DNA of 64,000 nucleotides, from assembly GCF_006345805.1 (NCBI RefSeq), contig NC_043001.1, positions 53,506,001-53,570,000 on the forward strand, in the 5' to 3' direction. This DNA is from Octopus sinensis. Its lineage: Eukaryota. Shown piece by piece: positions 52,179-64,000 of this stretch (positions within the stretch are counted from its first letter, which is position 1; each line of letters starts with the position of its first letter). A program made the position numbers and the translations under genes. Below the pieces are notes generated by a model. The model was given only the letters and a program-made list of their open reading frames with translations. It was not told where the DNA came from and searched no databases.

Positions 52179-54339
52179 ATAAAACATTAGTGAAAGCCTA
52201 CTTTCGATTGTATGAATACTTTGTAGTTGATTCGCACTGCAAGTTGACAGCCTTGGCTGTATCAAACAGAAAGTTCACTGTCAGTTGGGATTTCGACTTA
52301 GAAGGTAAACAACGGAAAGCTCTTTACTGATGACAAATTACTACGTTCAATTTTTTAGTTAATTTAGAGTTTTATTCTCAATTTGGAATTAACATTTCCC
52401 GAATTATGTTTATGCAATATATCATCTTAAATCGCAAATTTTCTTAATTCGATTATGTTATTGACTTTATATTCTCTTATTATTTCTGTGTGTGATTGAC
52501 TTTCAAATTGAATACGGGACGCATATCAATTTCAGATGATTGCGAACTGATCGCAACATCAGCCACGCTTTTGGCTAGTTGAGCTCTAGTGAATACATGG
52601 ATCAACATTAGTTTGAAAAGAAGATGTAGTAAAATGAGATCCTTGACATGTGAACACATGGGACATTCTGGATGACCTTCGATGATAATGACCAACTGCA
52701 GGCCACTATATTATGCTTCGATCCAACACATTATGCGTGATCGCGATATAACGAAACGCTGATCAATTTAAAATCCACTGGTATTTGCACATTTGAAAGT
52801 AAAGAAAAAATCGAAAAATTTGTGCAGTAAAACCTACACGAATATGAAATAAAAATGTTGCCGCTACGAAATCTGTCAGCTGGTTCATTTGCAAACGAAA
52901 TTAATTATTATGAAGCATACCATGACGTGTGTCGAAAAATGACACAACGGATGTAATTTTTCCGAGTTGTTTGGATCAAGATGACACAACAGAAAGCTTT
53001 TGTAAGCTGAATGTGCATGACAAACAGGTCATTGCATTAAGTAGCTCCTTCTATATTGAGATCATTCTCTAATATTATGGAGAACCTTAATAGCTTTTTT
53101 TGGAGAAACCATAATATTATGTTTAGGAAATCGACAAATTATCCCGCGAGGAACAACTCTTATGCTTAGAATTATTCAATTGGAAATGACAAATTTGAAT
53201 CTATAAAAATTCTGAACATGTCTTGCAAATGGTTCTGGAGATACTATGGGTAATGGCTTCGATAATCTAGTTTATATAAATTACACTCCATAAAACCCTG
53301 CGGCAGAATAGCAGTTTTTTATGCATACCGCAATCCTCTATAAAGCGAGGTATTTAATACCACGCAACTCAAGCATCTACTAGAAATGTATAACGCTTAG
53401 TTTCTGATTATTATCTGTATAGAGTCGAAATGACTAAATTTACCTTTGCTGATAAACACATCGAATTTTTGTACCAATTTCATAAGCAGAACAAATATTT
53501 TCTCGGCTGCTCTAATGATGCTACCATTTTGGATAATACCGGGGTGCATTCAATCAAATCAGACTGGCTGAAATATCTGCCATTTGTTTCACTACACTTC
53601 TATTATGATGCGTTTATATAACTGTAAATAAATCAAGCTGCTTATTACATAAATATATATCATTCAAAACTTTCGATTTGTGATTTTCGTATCACTACAA
53701 AGAATTCATATTTACATATGTTTTAAGCATTACACTCCAGATCGGCTTCGATGAAGTACAACGGTACACGAATTTCTTCGCATAGTAGTCATTCTCTACA
53801 GTTATGGTGATGTGGAAGTATATAACTGTGACACTCTTAAATCTCCTTGATATTGTAACGACTTGAGAAACTTTAACTATCTAGCATTTTGTAGCATTGC
53901 TATAATTATATTACACAGATGTCATGGTTTTGAAGAGTGTTGTTGCATTTGTTTGCAGCTCAAATGAAGGTGTAGCGTTCCCCTGTGTATGGCATTGTAA
54001 TATCTTATGCCATACTCCAAAACGTTTACTTCATAACAATTCCTATGTGTCGTATAAATTAATATTGATTGCACAGCCAGTAGTTTATTATTATTCCTTT
54101 ATCTATTTTCTTTATTACTAATTTGTTTAGTCGCCAGATATACAATACCACTATAAGCACTACATAATGCCAAGAATTTTTCATCGAATTCAATCATTCT
54201 TCTTTTGTCTCACTATTTTGTATGATTTATCTCTTCTTCCTTCACCAATCTGATAACTGTTATGAGGTAGACAATTCCCATTCTGTCCAAGTCTAAGGAT
54301 CTCTCACTCATTATCTCACTCTCCCCTTATTCCCTTTCC

Positions 54340-54382
<43 letters not shown>

Positions 54383-55742
54383 ACTCTATTTCTCAATTTC
54401 AACACATTTTCCCTTCACCAATGTCATTTTTCATGAAGTTGTAATCACTCGTCCTTCGCTGAAATTGTATTATCGTTTCGTTTTTACAAAATTCAATTGA
54501 AATCAGTGTTCCACTCAATGTCTTTCTTTCTCTCTCTGTTTCTCTATCTCTATCTTTCTCCTTCTCTCTATCTCTCTGTCTCTCTCTCCCTCTCCCTCTA
54601 TCTCTCTCCTTTGTTTTCACTTTCTGAATTCTTTTTAAGTAACGACCTCCAGCGCACCTGCAACTGATGCTTATCTCTCTATTGAATTATCTATTCATTG
54701 ATCTAATCTAATATAAAATAAAACAAGAATCACTCTGCTTCATCACAAATCAACCACGTATGAATTTTACTCATATAATCGCTACTCTCAGTAATCTTGT
54801 TTCCATTGGTCTCTCTTTATTCTTTTCTGATTATCTTCCCTTAACACATTTCCCTCTGTGATGCGTTTTTGATCAAGACAGCCTAACTGCTTCTACAGCC
54901 GTTCCAAATAGTGCTGGTATAGCTCCAATACTTTAGGCGTACTCCATTATTATCAATTTCCTATTCCTCAAACACAACTATCCAACACGATGAAAATGCA
55001 ATATTTCTGTACAGTGTGATACTTCGCTCAACCGTTTATCAGTGATCTATCGTCCACTCTCCACTCCACTCTCTCACTTAGTGCATTTATCTCGTTTTAT
55101 TTTACTGTAAATAGCAGGCTCCATAATTCTACTTTTAATCAGGAGGTTTTCCGTCATTAATTCTCATACTTTACATTCATTCATTTATTGCATACATTTC
55201 TCTCTGCTCATTGGATTCATTAGGTTATTTCTTCACAATTTGCCATTATGTGTATTTGTGCCAATGTATTAAGTTTCCATTAGTCTTGCAATATCACCTA
55301 GCGTATTAGACGTCAAGAATGACAAGGATTCTCAGAGTCAATAATATATTATACACACAAAGATCCATAATGCTTTCGAATAGAATGTCCATCCGGACTG
55401 ACTTCATAGAACACCATAACAATTACTTTAATATAAAAGGAACATATAGATTGTGTTGATAATGAAATGACATACGGAAGAATTAACTTAAGGAACGATC
55501 AGCGTCTCTCTGGAAAGCTTAGTTCATTCAGAATAGCAGTTCGTAATTTCTATCATGTGTGAGGATAAGGCGACACAAAAAGGAAAGTACGGGATTAAAT
55601 GATGTCAGAGAGCCTCATATCAGATAGCAAACGACATTCCTGATTAATGATTTTATTCAGTCTTTATATTATCGAGTTCACTTCGACGCCAATTAACGCT
55701 TGTGGGAACGTACGTATATGTATGTGCGAATATATATGCATA

Positions 55743-56578
55743 CGTGGAGGTACCCAAAACAAACCGGAATTTTGTAAAATTATTTTCTTCACTTAGTTTA
55801 CTATGTTTACTTTTTTATCGTCTTCAAGGTACTCACCATTTGAAGCATGCATCAAACCAGACACGTTTCCCACTGTTCGAAGCACTGCTGAAACTCTTGC
55901 AAAATGATACCTTTTAACGCCTCTGTCGTTTTTTCTTCACCTCTTCCATATCTGCAAATTCCATAGCACCAGCTTTCGTCAGCCGTGATGACCTACGAGA
56001 AAAGTCATGGCTGCTTTTGATCTTCCTTGAGGAAGCGAGGCACAAATTTTTCTGTAACTCTTTTGATTCGCATTCCCTGGCGAAAAATTGGTTGGCAAGA
56101 GTCCCAGGTGACACCGTGCTTATCAACAAGTTCGTCAATTTTCGGTGAACACCCTCCAAGTTCAGTTCATGAATTTTCATGATGTTTTTAATCGTTCGGG
56201 TGATGGAGAGTCACGCTGAGCGAGATTGATCCTCAAGCGGCACGGGGCCATTTCTAACCTTGTGTTTTGCTCATGGCAGTGAAATTCTAAGTTCTTTGAA
56301 GGATGACAACTGTTTCGGCCGCCGTTTTCCGAGCAGAAAACAGACTTTCACAGAACACGCTGTTTTTTCCATTCAGCCGTCGCAAAAATCGATGAACAGG
56401 TACAGAAGCACTGCAAACAAATACGCAGCACGTGGCTGTTCGAATACACACGAAGACGCCAGTCAGCAAACTCATGCCTTAAGGTCACATCAAGTCGCTT
56501 CTTGCTACAGAACCCTGAATTACAACGAGCTTATCCCACAGAGAACGTACGTTTCCGATTAATTTGGGTATCCCTTCG
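55743..56578 (-). mobile_element. Internally deleted mariner-type transposon with TIRs and TA TSD
   Basis: TA|CGTGGAGGTACCCAAAACAAACCGGAA ... TTCCGATTAATTTGGGTATCCCTTCG|TA. Minus strand has KTAAETVVILQ and MKIHEL (HTH region) and FADMEEVKKK...QEFQQCFEQW (C-terminus). The catalytic core is missing. Confidence 0.85.
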
Positions 56579-56579
56579 T

Positions 56580-56630
<51 letters not shown>

Positions 56631-56678
56631 TGAGAAGGTTGGTGTGTGAAAGCACGTGGTTGGATGAATAAAAATAGA

Positions 56679-57012
56679 AAAGAGTGAAAAAACTACAGAA
56701 GGCTTGTTTTATAAGGTTAAAGGATATATTTAAGTTGTTATGTTAAAAAAATGTTATAAAATATTGTGTATAGTAACATACTTTTCGGAGAAATAACTGG
56801 TTTCCTGTAAACTTTTCAAATTTCTCAAATTTCTTTACCTGACACGATGTAGGTAAAGAAATTTGAGAAATTTGAAAAATGTACACGAAACCGGTTATTT
56901 CTCCAAAAACCATGTTAATATGCACAAAATTTTCTAACATTTTTCTAACATAACAACTTAAATATATTCTTTAACCTTATAAAACAAGCCGTCTGTAGTT
57001 TTTTCACTCTTT
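56679..57012. mobile_element. MITE-like element with ~78-bp inverted arms
   Basis: 56679-56756 versus 56935-57012, plus an inner 16-bp inverted pair (agaaataactggtttc / gaaaccggttatttct). Confidence 0.75.
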
Positions 57013-57054
57013 ACCATTTATATATATATATAAGATTGTGGTAACAAAGGTGTA

Positions 57055-57307
57055 CAGGTGTCAATTCATTAAGTCAGTTTCAAGCGGCTCCATTTAATTG
57101 ATTAATGAAAATATTTCACCAATTTGAAAGAAACCATTGTCGTCAGATGAACGTATAGATTTCAAACATAAAGGAAAACACATTTTATAACAAATTTACA
57201 TCAATAATGGAAACCAAAATATTTGCATTCTTCAATTTTGTTATAAATGTGGCAGAATAAATCAATTAAATGGAGCCGCTTGAAAATACCTTAATGAAAT
57301 GACACCT
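57055..57307. mobile_element. Tc1/mariner-type MITE with ~50-bp TIRs
   Basis: TA|CAGGTGTCAATTCATTAAG..TTTCAAGCGGCTCCATTTAATTGATT versus AATCAATTAAATGGAGCCGCTTGAAA..CTTAATGAAATGACACCT. Confidence 0.75.
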
Positions 57308-57803
57308 ACACCTCAAAATACTATAGAAAATATCTCTGTAAAAAGTACGTGCATGAACTACCAATAGCGGATATCTTCACTTAGGTGTGCTGCGTTTTCT
57401 ACACGCATGACAGGAATATTGGGTACAAATCCACCTACACGGAGTCTTGATATTCAATATTCAAATAATAATTTTGGGAAGTGCAGATTATAGCGAACTG
57501 GCAAGGTGCCTAAATTTAAGTACCTAATTCAACTGAATCTTAATTATATTATATGTTATATATATATATGTGTGTGTGTGCGCGTGTGTGTGAAAGGTGG
57601 AGGCATCTTTCATATATAAGTAAATTGATTTGCATAGAACAGATGAATTAAGGTGGTTGAATGCTATTTAAAACCAAAAGGGAAATATTTCACCATTACT
57701 TAAGGTGACCAAGGTGCAGTGAGCACCAGCATTGATAGAAATAAGACTCCGGTGCTCGCTGGACCCTTGACCACTTTTACTGACGTTGAAGTATATATAT
57801 ACT

Positions 57804-57849
57804 AGAATATTCATCCTCCTATGCAGTGTTGAGCCCTCATTGTAATTGT

Positions 57850-57907
<58 letters not shown>

Positions 57908-57928
57908 ATATATATATATATATAATAT

Positions 57929-57978
<50 letters not shown>

Positions 57979-57990
57979 TATATATATACA

Positions 57991-58024
<34 letters not shown>

Positions 58025-58086
58025 CATACCTATATACTGTACAATTATAATGAGGGCTCAACTCTGCATAGGAAGATGAATATTCT
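57804..58086. repeat. 46-bp inverted repeat enclosing a (TA)n/(CATA)n tract
   Basis: 57804-57849 versus 58041-58086, with about 3 mismatches. Confidence 0.85.
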
Positions 58087-58239
58087 GTATTTGTTCGTTA
58101 TCAAGGCTACCAATAGTTTCATGCACCGTGATATTTACGATTGTTGAAGCGTACAACATCTGAAAGTTGGTACTCATCTACATCCGTTTTGAATGAGGAA
58201 TTCCATCCACGTTTCATGGTTCGCTAACTCAACAACTCT

Positions 58240-59070
58240 TTTGTAGGATCCAGTAGCTAAGGACATCATGAAGAGGAACCACGTCCGGTTTCGGAACCTA
58301 CGCCTCTACTATTTCCGACGCGTCATCGCCACCCCCTATCGGAAGTGTCTTCAGCTCTGGTGTTCAGAGCGTATTTTTTGTTCTTTGGTTGACTCGTCCA
58401 CGTGCGTGAACGAATGTGAATTACTCACTTGCTGAATTTCCCTTTAAACTGCTCCAGCAGCTAGCGACAGTTAACTGTCATGTGACACAATCTAAGCTTC
58501 AATACTCTGCGTCTACTAACTGTCGCCCTTTGGCGCAGTCTACTGACCAGTGGAGGGGAAGAGCGCGTAGTTTTCGCCGGCGCCCTCTCTAGACATTCCA
58601 ATAGCATCGTGTGAGTTTCACCTCCAGCAGGCAGAGGCGATTGCTGCCTCATGGTACAAGACTTTGAACTATCGGGGCGGAGGGCGCGCAATGAACAAGA
58701 TGTTTCACTCGTTGCCTAAGTGCCAGCCAGCCTTACCTGGCGACGCTATTTTTCAATCAGCATATTATGTCTTTCGAGCCATTTCGTGACTTTTCATTTC
58801 AAACATACAAACAAGCTGGCCTTGTCGACTGCCTCCTCAATCCTCCTTATTACTTTTCTCAGTTCTCTGCTCGAAAAGGCAAATCTTGTTTTAATTAACG
58901 TCGCCATTTTCCTTTCAATGAAGCCTCTAGACCCACTGCCATGTGGTAATCCTCGACAGTCCACCCTTGTACCCTGCACTCTTTAATTAATTATCATACC
59001 TACTCTCCTTCCGTTACTCCGCATTAGATATTCTCTCTTCCCACGGCAATGCGAGTTCTAGTAAAATTCA
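58240..59070 (-). pseudogene. 3' end of a HERO/R2-group REL non-LTR retrotransposon with a GC-rich 3' UTR
   Basis: Minus strand: LLELALPWEENI (59034-59061), ECRVQGWTVE, GSRGF...IRRIEEAVDKASLFVCLK, matching the ELTVPWEE...GW...EVG.RGF...AE.AS.WLW.KR pattern recalled for HERO-type elements. Confidence 0.7.
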
Positions 59071-60569
59071 AAATTTTCGGTCTGTATTCCATAGGAATAA
59101 GTCCGTTCATTTTGTTGTTTTTATGAGTGGAAATATTAATAATCATGAAGTGTAGCTTTTAATTTGTCCTTAATTTCATCATTTTTGTTAATGCTTATTT
59201 TTTAGTGCGGATGAATCTGTACTAATTATTGATTCAATTTTCAAATATAATTCAGGTTTTTACCTTTTACTAACTACAGCATATTAATTTAACCACTGTA
59301 ACCATTGATGCCGCAACTAAAATTGTCTGCATTTTTTTATCATAGTTTCTGCGCCTAACGAATATATTTAGATAACCCACAAAAAGCAGACCTTTAGAAA
59401 TACTTAAATTTCGTTGTTTATAAGTATTCATGATTTTATTATCCAATTTTTAAATGGAATGCGATTAGAGAGAAGTGTCTGATTGAAAAATTTCTCTTTT
59501 ATAAATAGACAACTAGTTTTCTTTTTTTCTGTCAGTGATATGATATTTTACAGTGTCGATATAATATGTCTAGGTATATGCCACTTAAATATTGATGTGA
59601 TTTTATACGAAGTGTCTGCAATATCCATGTGCTTTGTATACTTGCTATCAAATGCAGTGTTTGTATCTGTAATATGAGTTTACAATATTTTCTCAGTCTG
59701 TTGTCTTTAAATATTGCGCATTTCACTATTGTGTACCGCTTTTTCCGCCACATCTGCTTATCTACATTATGATATTTAAACAAGAGAAATTTGCTGAACT
59801 GAAAGAAGCAATTAGCGTACAGTTAAGATCTCTGATGTTAAGGACAACTGTTCTTTACTTCCTCTCAGTCAACCAATCAAGATTTTAATTCGCTCTGTTT
59901 AACAAAAAACTTTCATTATTTTGCTACAGATTCACTTATAATATTATGATATTTAGAAAAAAATATAGGCCATTCCTGTAGTGTTGAAGATGGTGGAATG
60001 GAAGTTCATAGAATATTTCGCTGAAAGCAGCTGCCAAATTATTTAAGTTTCTTTTAAAAATTACTGTTTTATGCGCGTGGTGATATGATATATGTTATCC
60101 ATCACCATTCTAATTGTAGGCCCTTTTTGAATGTGCTGAATTTCTTTTATGAGATTTACTTCAAATTTCCTCAGAATTTTGATAAGGTTCGATTGTTGTA
60201 GTTTTAAAGTTTATTTTAATGTAGAATATCGATTATTTATTTTAATACCGTTTTCTGCAACAGGCGTTCTCGATCTTTCCTTTTTCACAGCCTGTTATGC
60301 GATACGTTTTGTAATTTTTTCTTCGATTTAACGCACTTAACTTTCATATTCGCACTGTATTCTTGGTCAGGATACTTTACTAAGTCTTATCGCCTAAAAC
60401 CTTAAGTTATAAACGTCAATAGAATATGAAATATAAGATAACATCATATTTTACTAAATACAAACTGTTAATTTCTAATATGATGGAGAAAGCACACACT
60501 ATCATACATATACCTTCATATTCATGAAACAAATTTTCGCTTGCGAGAGCATGTAGAGAATTTTATGTC

Positions 60570-62080
60570 TACACAGTTTCTTTGAATACTTCAACAGTGG
60601 TCTGTTGTCATGTGTGTGTTCCATTGGCCTGCATGTCTCTCCTCCGCAATCTTGACTGTGTTATGAGGACACTCTCCATGTTCATCGTTCACGTCTCCGA
60701 GACTGGCATCGAGATAGCTATTGAGGACATGAAGCTTTATGCTCATGTTGCAACCTGAAAGATGAAACCTATCCAGTAATGTCTCCACCAAATCCCTGGA
60801 GTTTGCAGCCTCTTCACTCCCCACAAAATCCTATCACAACAGTTACAAATGAATCCCATGTTCTTTTTTCTCTGTCAGCTATCAATCTCGAGAAATTCTG
60901 GCATTTCGTTAACTATCTGATTTGTGGCCCATCAAAAACATCAGCCGTTATTTTATCATAACTTAGGAGAGGAAATCTTCTACATATGAATTTGAAAGTT
61001 ACCTTCAACATTAAGCGCTTTGACAAATTATTTCATAAGTTCTAGTCTAATATGAAGGGGTGGAAATATAATTTTCTCTCGTGCAACAAGTGGTTGTCTA
61101 TGATATTTTTCTCCCCAACGGTCAAACCTTTTTTGACTGGTCAGAGTTTCTGTTCCCAATGTTTGTCATTCGCTTGGCTATCCCACAAACACAGGAAACA
61201 CAAATATTTTGTTTTCTCTTCTTGTTGGCCAAATAAAAATTTGGCCGTTTTTAGGTTCACATATATGAACCATTTGTGTTCATCCTACATACGTAAGTCT
61301 AGTACAACTTTTATGTGATCATAATTCTGTTTTAAATGCACAGTCTTACCAAGAGGAAGCGCACCAAACAAGTTTCATTATAGAGTAATACACATTTTAG
61401 AATCTTATTTGAACTATCAATAACGAGTCTCCATTTACTAGGATCATACTGTTCAATACTCATCATGTTTAACACTCCCACCACGTCACAACAGTAAACA
61501 CAATCGTTTCCGTTGTAAAGAATGCAAAGAGATTTTTTTCTTTGTTCTGGTAAAAACAAAGTCACGTTTGTTTCTTTCTGCAACAGATTCTCCTCTGTAA
61601 GCCTAACAGCTAACAGTTCTGATAACTCTTTTGACAGTCCTAGATTTCTAACTAAACCACAAGGTTCTGCCTGGTTAAGTTTTCATGTTCTATGGTTGAT
61701 GTTCCTACAACGTCTATATATCACTGTCATGTTCATGATTTATATCTACTTCGTTTCATCCGAGTGAAACACTGGATGAATTGCTGAATCCAGATTTGGG
61801 TAACTTATTTCTTGTCATGTTCTATTGCTATAAGAAGAAGTCTTTGTGAGTCACAAGTAGCAATCGTTTACATGATTCTTTGGCTCACACAATATCATAG
61901 GAATGACAAATGTTATTTGTTTCCTTGTTCCCTTTGTCCGTTGACGTAGAGTTTTGATATAGGGTTTAAATATATTGTGCGGGCCCATGATTTATCCTGA
62001 TGACCAAATTTAATCTTTAAGTAAGCCAAGTAGGATATTTTCACAATGTCCTTAACGTTCCTTCCTCGACTTGGTACAGT
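60570..62080 (-). pseudogene. Degraded CMC-superfamily (Chapaev-3-like) DNA transposase
   Basis: YLKIKFGHQDKSWA, YDPSKWRLVIDSSNKILKCVLLYN, GCNMSIKLHVLNSYLD..LGDVNDEHGE. Many stops and frameshifts. The family name is from recall. Confidence 0.6.
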
Positions 62081-62336
62081 AAAATACCCACATATATAAC
62101 AAAAAAGAGTGGGGGTAATTCAAACATTCAAATCATATAGCTGTGGATGGGGCCAATATTGGCCAGCCCATAGAAAAATCCTAGAGCAAAAACCTATTGC
62201 ACTTTTTGAAACTCAAAGACCACAAATTACTCTAAAATAGGTGTCAACCTTAGGTCATCGGAAAGAAAGTTAGAATTTCTTGGCCAGTGTTATTAATAAT
62301 CTTTTCTAATATAGGCTTGTAATTTTGGAGGCGGAA

Positions 62337-62491
62337 GTAAGTCATTTACATCAATCTCATATTGCAACTGTTGCTTACTTCATCGATCCAAAGAGGATGA
62401 AAGGCAAAGTTGGCCTCAGGAGAATTTAAACTCAGAACCTAAAGAAGGATGAAATGCCGCTAAGTACTTTGTCCATCCAGTTCGCCACCTT
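62337..62491 (-). mobile_element. SINE family A (degraded)
   Basis: Core ggatgaaaggcaaagttggcctc...aatttaaactcagaac. Confidence 0.75.
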
Positions 62492-62939
62492 ATATTCTGA
62501 TTAATAATGTAACACATAGACCTGACATATACCAAAATCACCTTAGAAAACTCTAATGAAATTACACAAACTTTACAATATTCTTTCAATACTTTAAGGG
62601 ATATGTAACATATTCTGACTAAAATGTTCCTCTCCATAGTAGGGAATATAGTTCCTATAAAGTACAACAAAATATAAAACCAATGCAATGTATATGGATG
62701 ATTTGTTTAATACCTAAATTAAGTGAATAAGTAAATATTTAGTAAAATTATGAACAGAACTTTAAGACGCTGTTAATGTTTGTACATTTACAACGACTTA
62801 TAATAAATAGACATATTGTATTTATTAAACGGAAGTTGATGAAAAGAGAGTTGAGCATGAAATTTCAATTTAAGAGTATTCCATCTATAATGAATTAATA
62901 CATTTAACCTGCAAATAATAATTTCAAAATTTAGCTTCA

Positions 62940-63115
62940 GGCCAGAAATTACGGAGTAAATCGATTACATTGAACACAGTGCTCAGCTGGTAATTACGTA
63001 TTTTATGGACTCCACCGAAACGGTTGTAACTTATATTCGACCATGACAGAATTTGAAATCAGAGCGTAAAATTAGATGACATGCCACTAAGAATTTTCCC
63101 GGAGTGTTGACGATT
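62940..63115 (-). mobile_element. SINE family A (highly degraded)
   Basis: tcgattacat...cagctggta...gaatttgaaatcagagcgtaaa...ctaagaattttcccgg. Confidence 0.55.
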
Positions 63116-63495
63116 TGGTTAGTTCATCTCATTACATTGAATCATTGATAATAAATAATGCTACGCATTTTAGTTTGATTGTTTTTATCTATTTCGACTG
63201 AGCCTGAGTTCTCTTGATATTACCCAGTCCTCTAGAGTTATACAACACCGTTTATCCTCCTGATATTTGGAATCACTTCTATGGCAACAGCTATTTTTTT
63301 ACATCATTTGAACGATTGTTTTGTGTCTCCAGTGTGGCTAAATATTTGTTTCCATAGAAACTATTGTGGTCGACATCCTAATCTTTCGTTCTTGAAAATA
63401 TATGATTTTTATTGATTTGTTTTGTTGTTTAGATTTGTTCTACTTTCTCCGAGAGGTAATTTCATCGATAATATTTACTGTTTTGTTTTGCTCAA

Positions 63496-63884
63496 GGCGG
63501 CGACCTGGCAGAAACGTTTGCACTTACGTTTTAAGTTCAAATCCCGCCGAGGTTGACTTTCCATATCATCCTTTCAGGGCCGATAAATTAAGTACCAATT
63601 ACACACTGGAGTCGATTTAATCGACTTAACTCCTTTGTCTGTCATTATTTGTTCCCTCTAAATTTAACCCCTTGTGGGCAGTAAAGAAATAAGAAACGTT
63701 TGCACGCCGGGCTAAATGCTTAGTGGTATTTCATCTCACTTTACTGACTGAGTTCAAATTCCGACAAGGTCGACTTTGCCTTTCATCCTTTCGAGGTCGA
63801 TAAGTTAAGTACCCGTTGCGCACTGGAGTCGATCTGATCGGTTGGCCCTCTCTCTCAAATGTTGTACCTAGAGTAGAAAAGAAT
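63496..63884 (+). mobile_element. Two tandem SINE family A copies with different tails
   Basis: Copy 1 (63496-~63690) ends in ttgttccctct...ccccttgtggg. Copy 2 (~63692-63884) ends in ttgtacctagagtagaaaagaat. Confidence 0.85.
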
Positions 63885-64000
63885 ATTTATTGTTTTGCGA
63901 GCTCATTCACCATATGTGTTTCCGTTCATGTAAAACAGTTTCTTCATCGACGCTTATATTATGTGAATGATTCTGTAGTAACATTTTTCATCGTAGTGCG

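Noticed and set aside
54899-54916. 18-nt plus-strand microexon candidate (ctaactgcttctacag|...|gtatag)
   Set aside because: The donor is weak and the site may lie in an antisense LINE relic.
58243-58297. Hammerhead-like ATGAAGA-stem-GGAAC motif
   Set aside because: Two core positions deviate and stem I cannot be formed. Kept only as a generic structured element.

Overview
AT-rich, microsatellite-dense eukaryotic DNA. The SINE families and microsatellite load suggest an octopus-type cephalopod genome; this is inferred from recalled repeat families, not from a search. I recognise no intact host gene, and most ORF-track entries are microsatellite or antisense artefacts. The window is a transposon graveyard containing: (1) a nested non-autonomous Helitron array forming a ~1 kb palindrome (1-2508); (2) a (TAA)n-anchored cluster of R4/Dong-like and Tx1/L1-like LINE fragments (10066-15435); (3) Penelope-like relics; (4) Tc1, mariner and Chapaev-3-like DNA transposon relics; (5) an internally deleted Gypsy element whose second LTR is shared with a following copy; (6) a HERO-like LINE 3' end; (7) about 15 SINE copies from three families, several foldback/MITE elements and a near-perfect 1.53 kb tandem duplication. 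The best lead is a complete minimal type-I hammerhead ribozyme core (21886-21928, minus strand) at the end of a ~1.1 kb non-coding, direct-repeat, strand-biased element. It is a candidate non-autonomous Penelope/retrozyme-like unit. A few isolated splice-site-bounded candidate exons hint at a large-intron host gene but cannot be confirmed.
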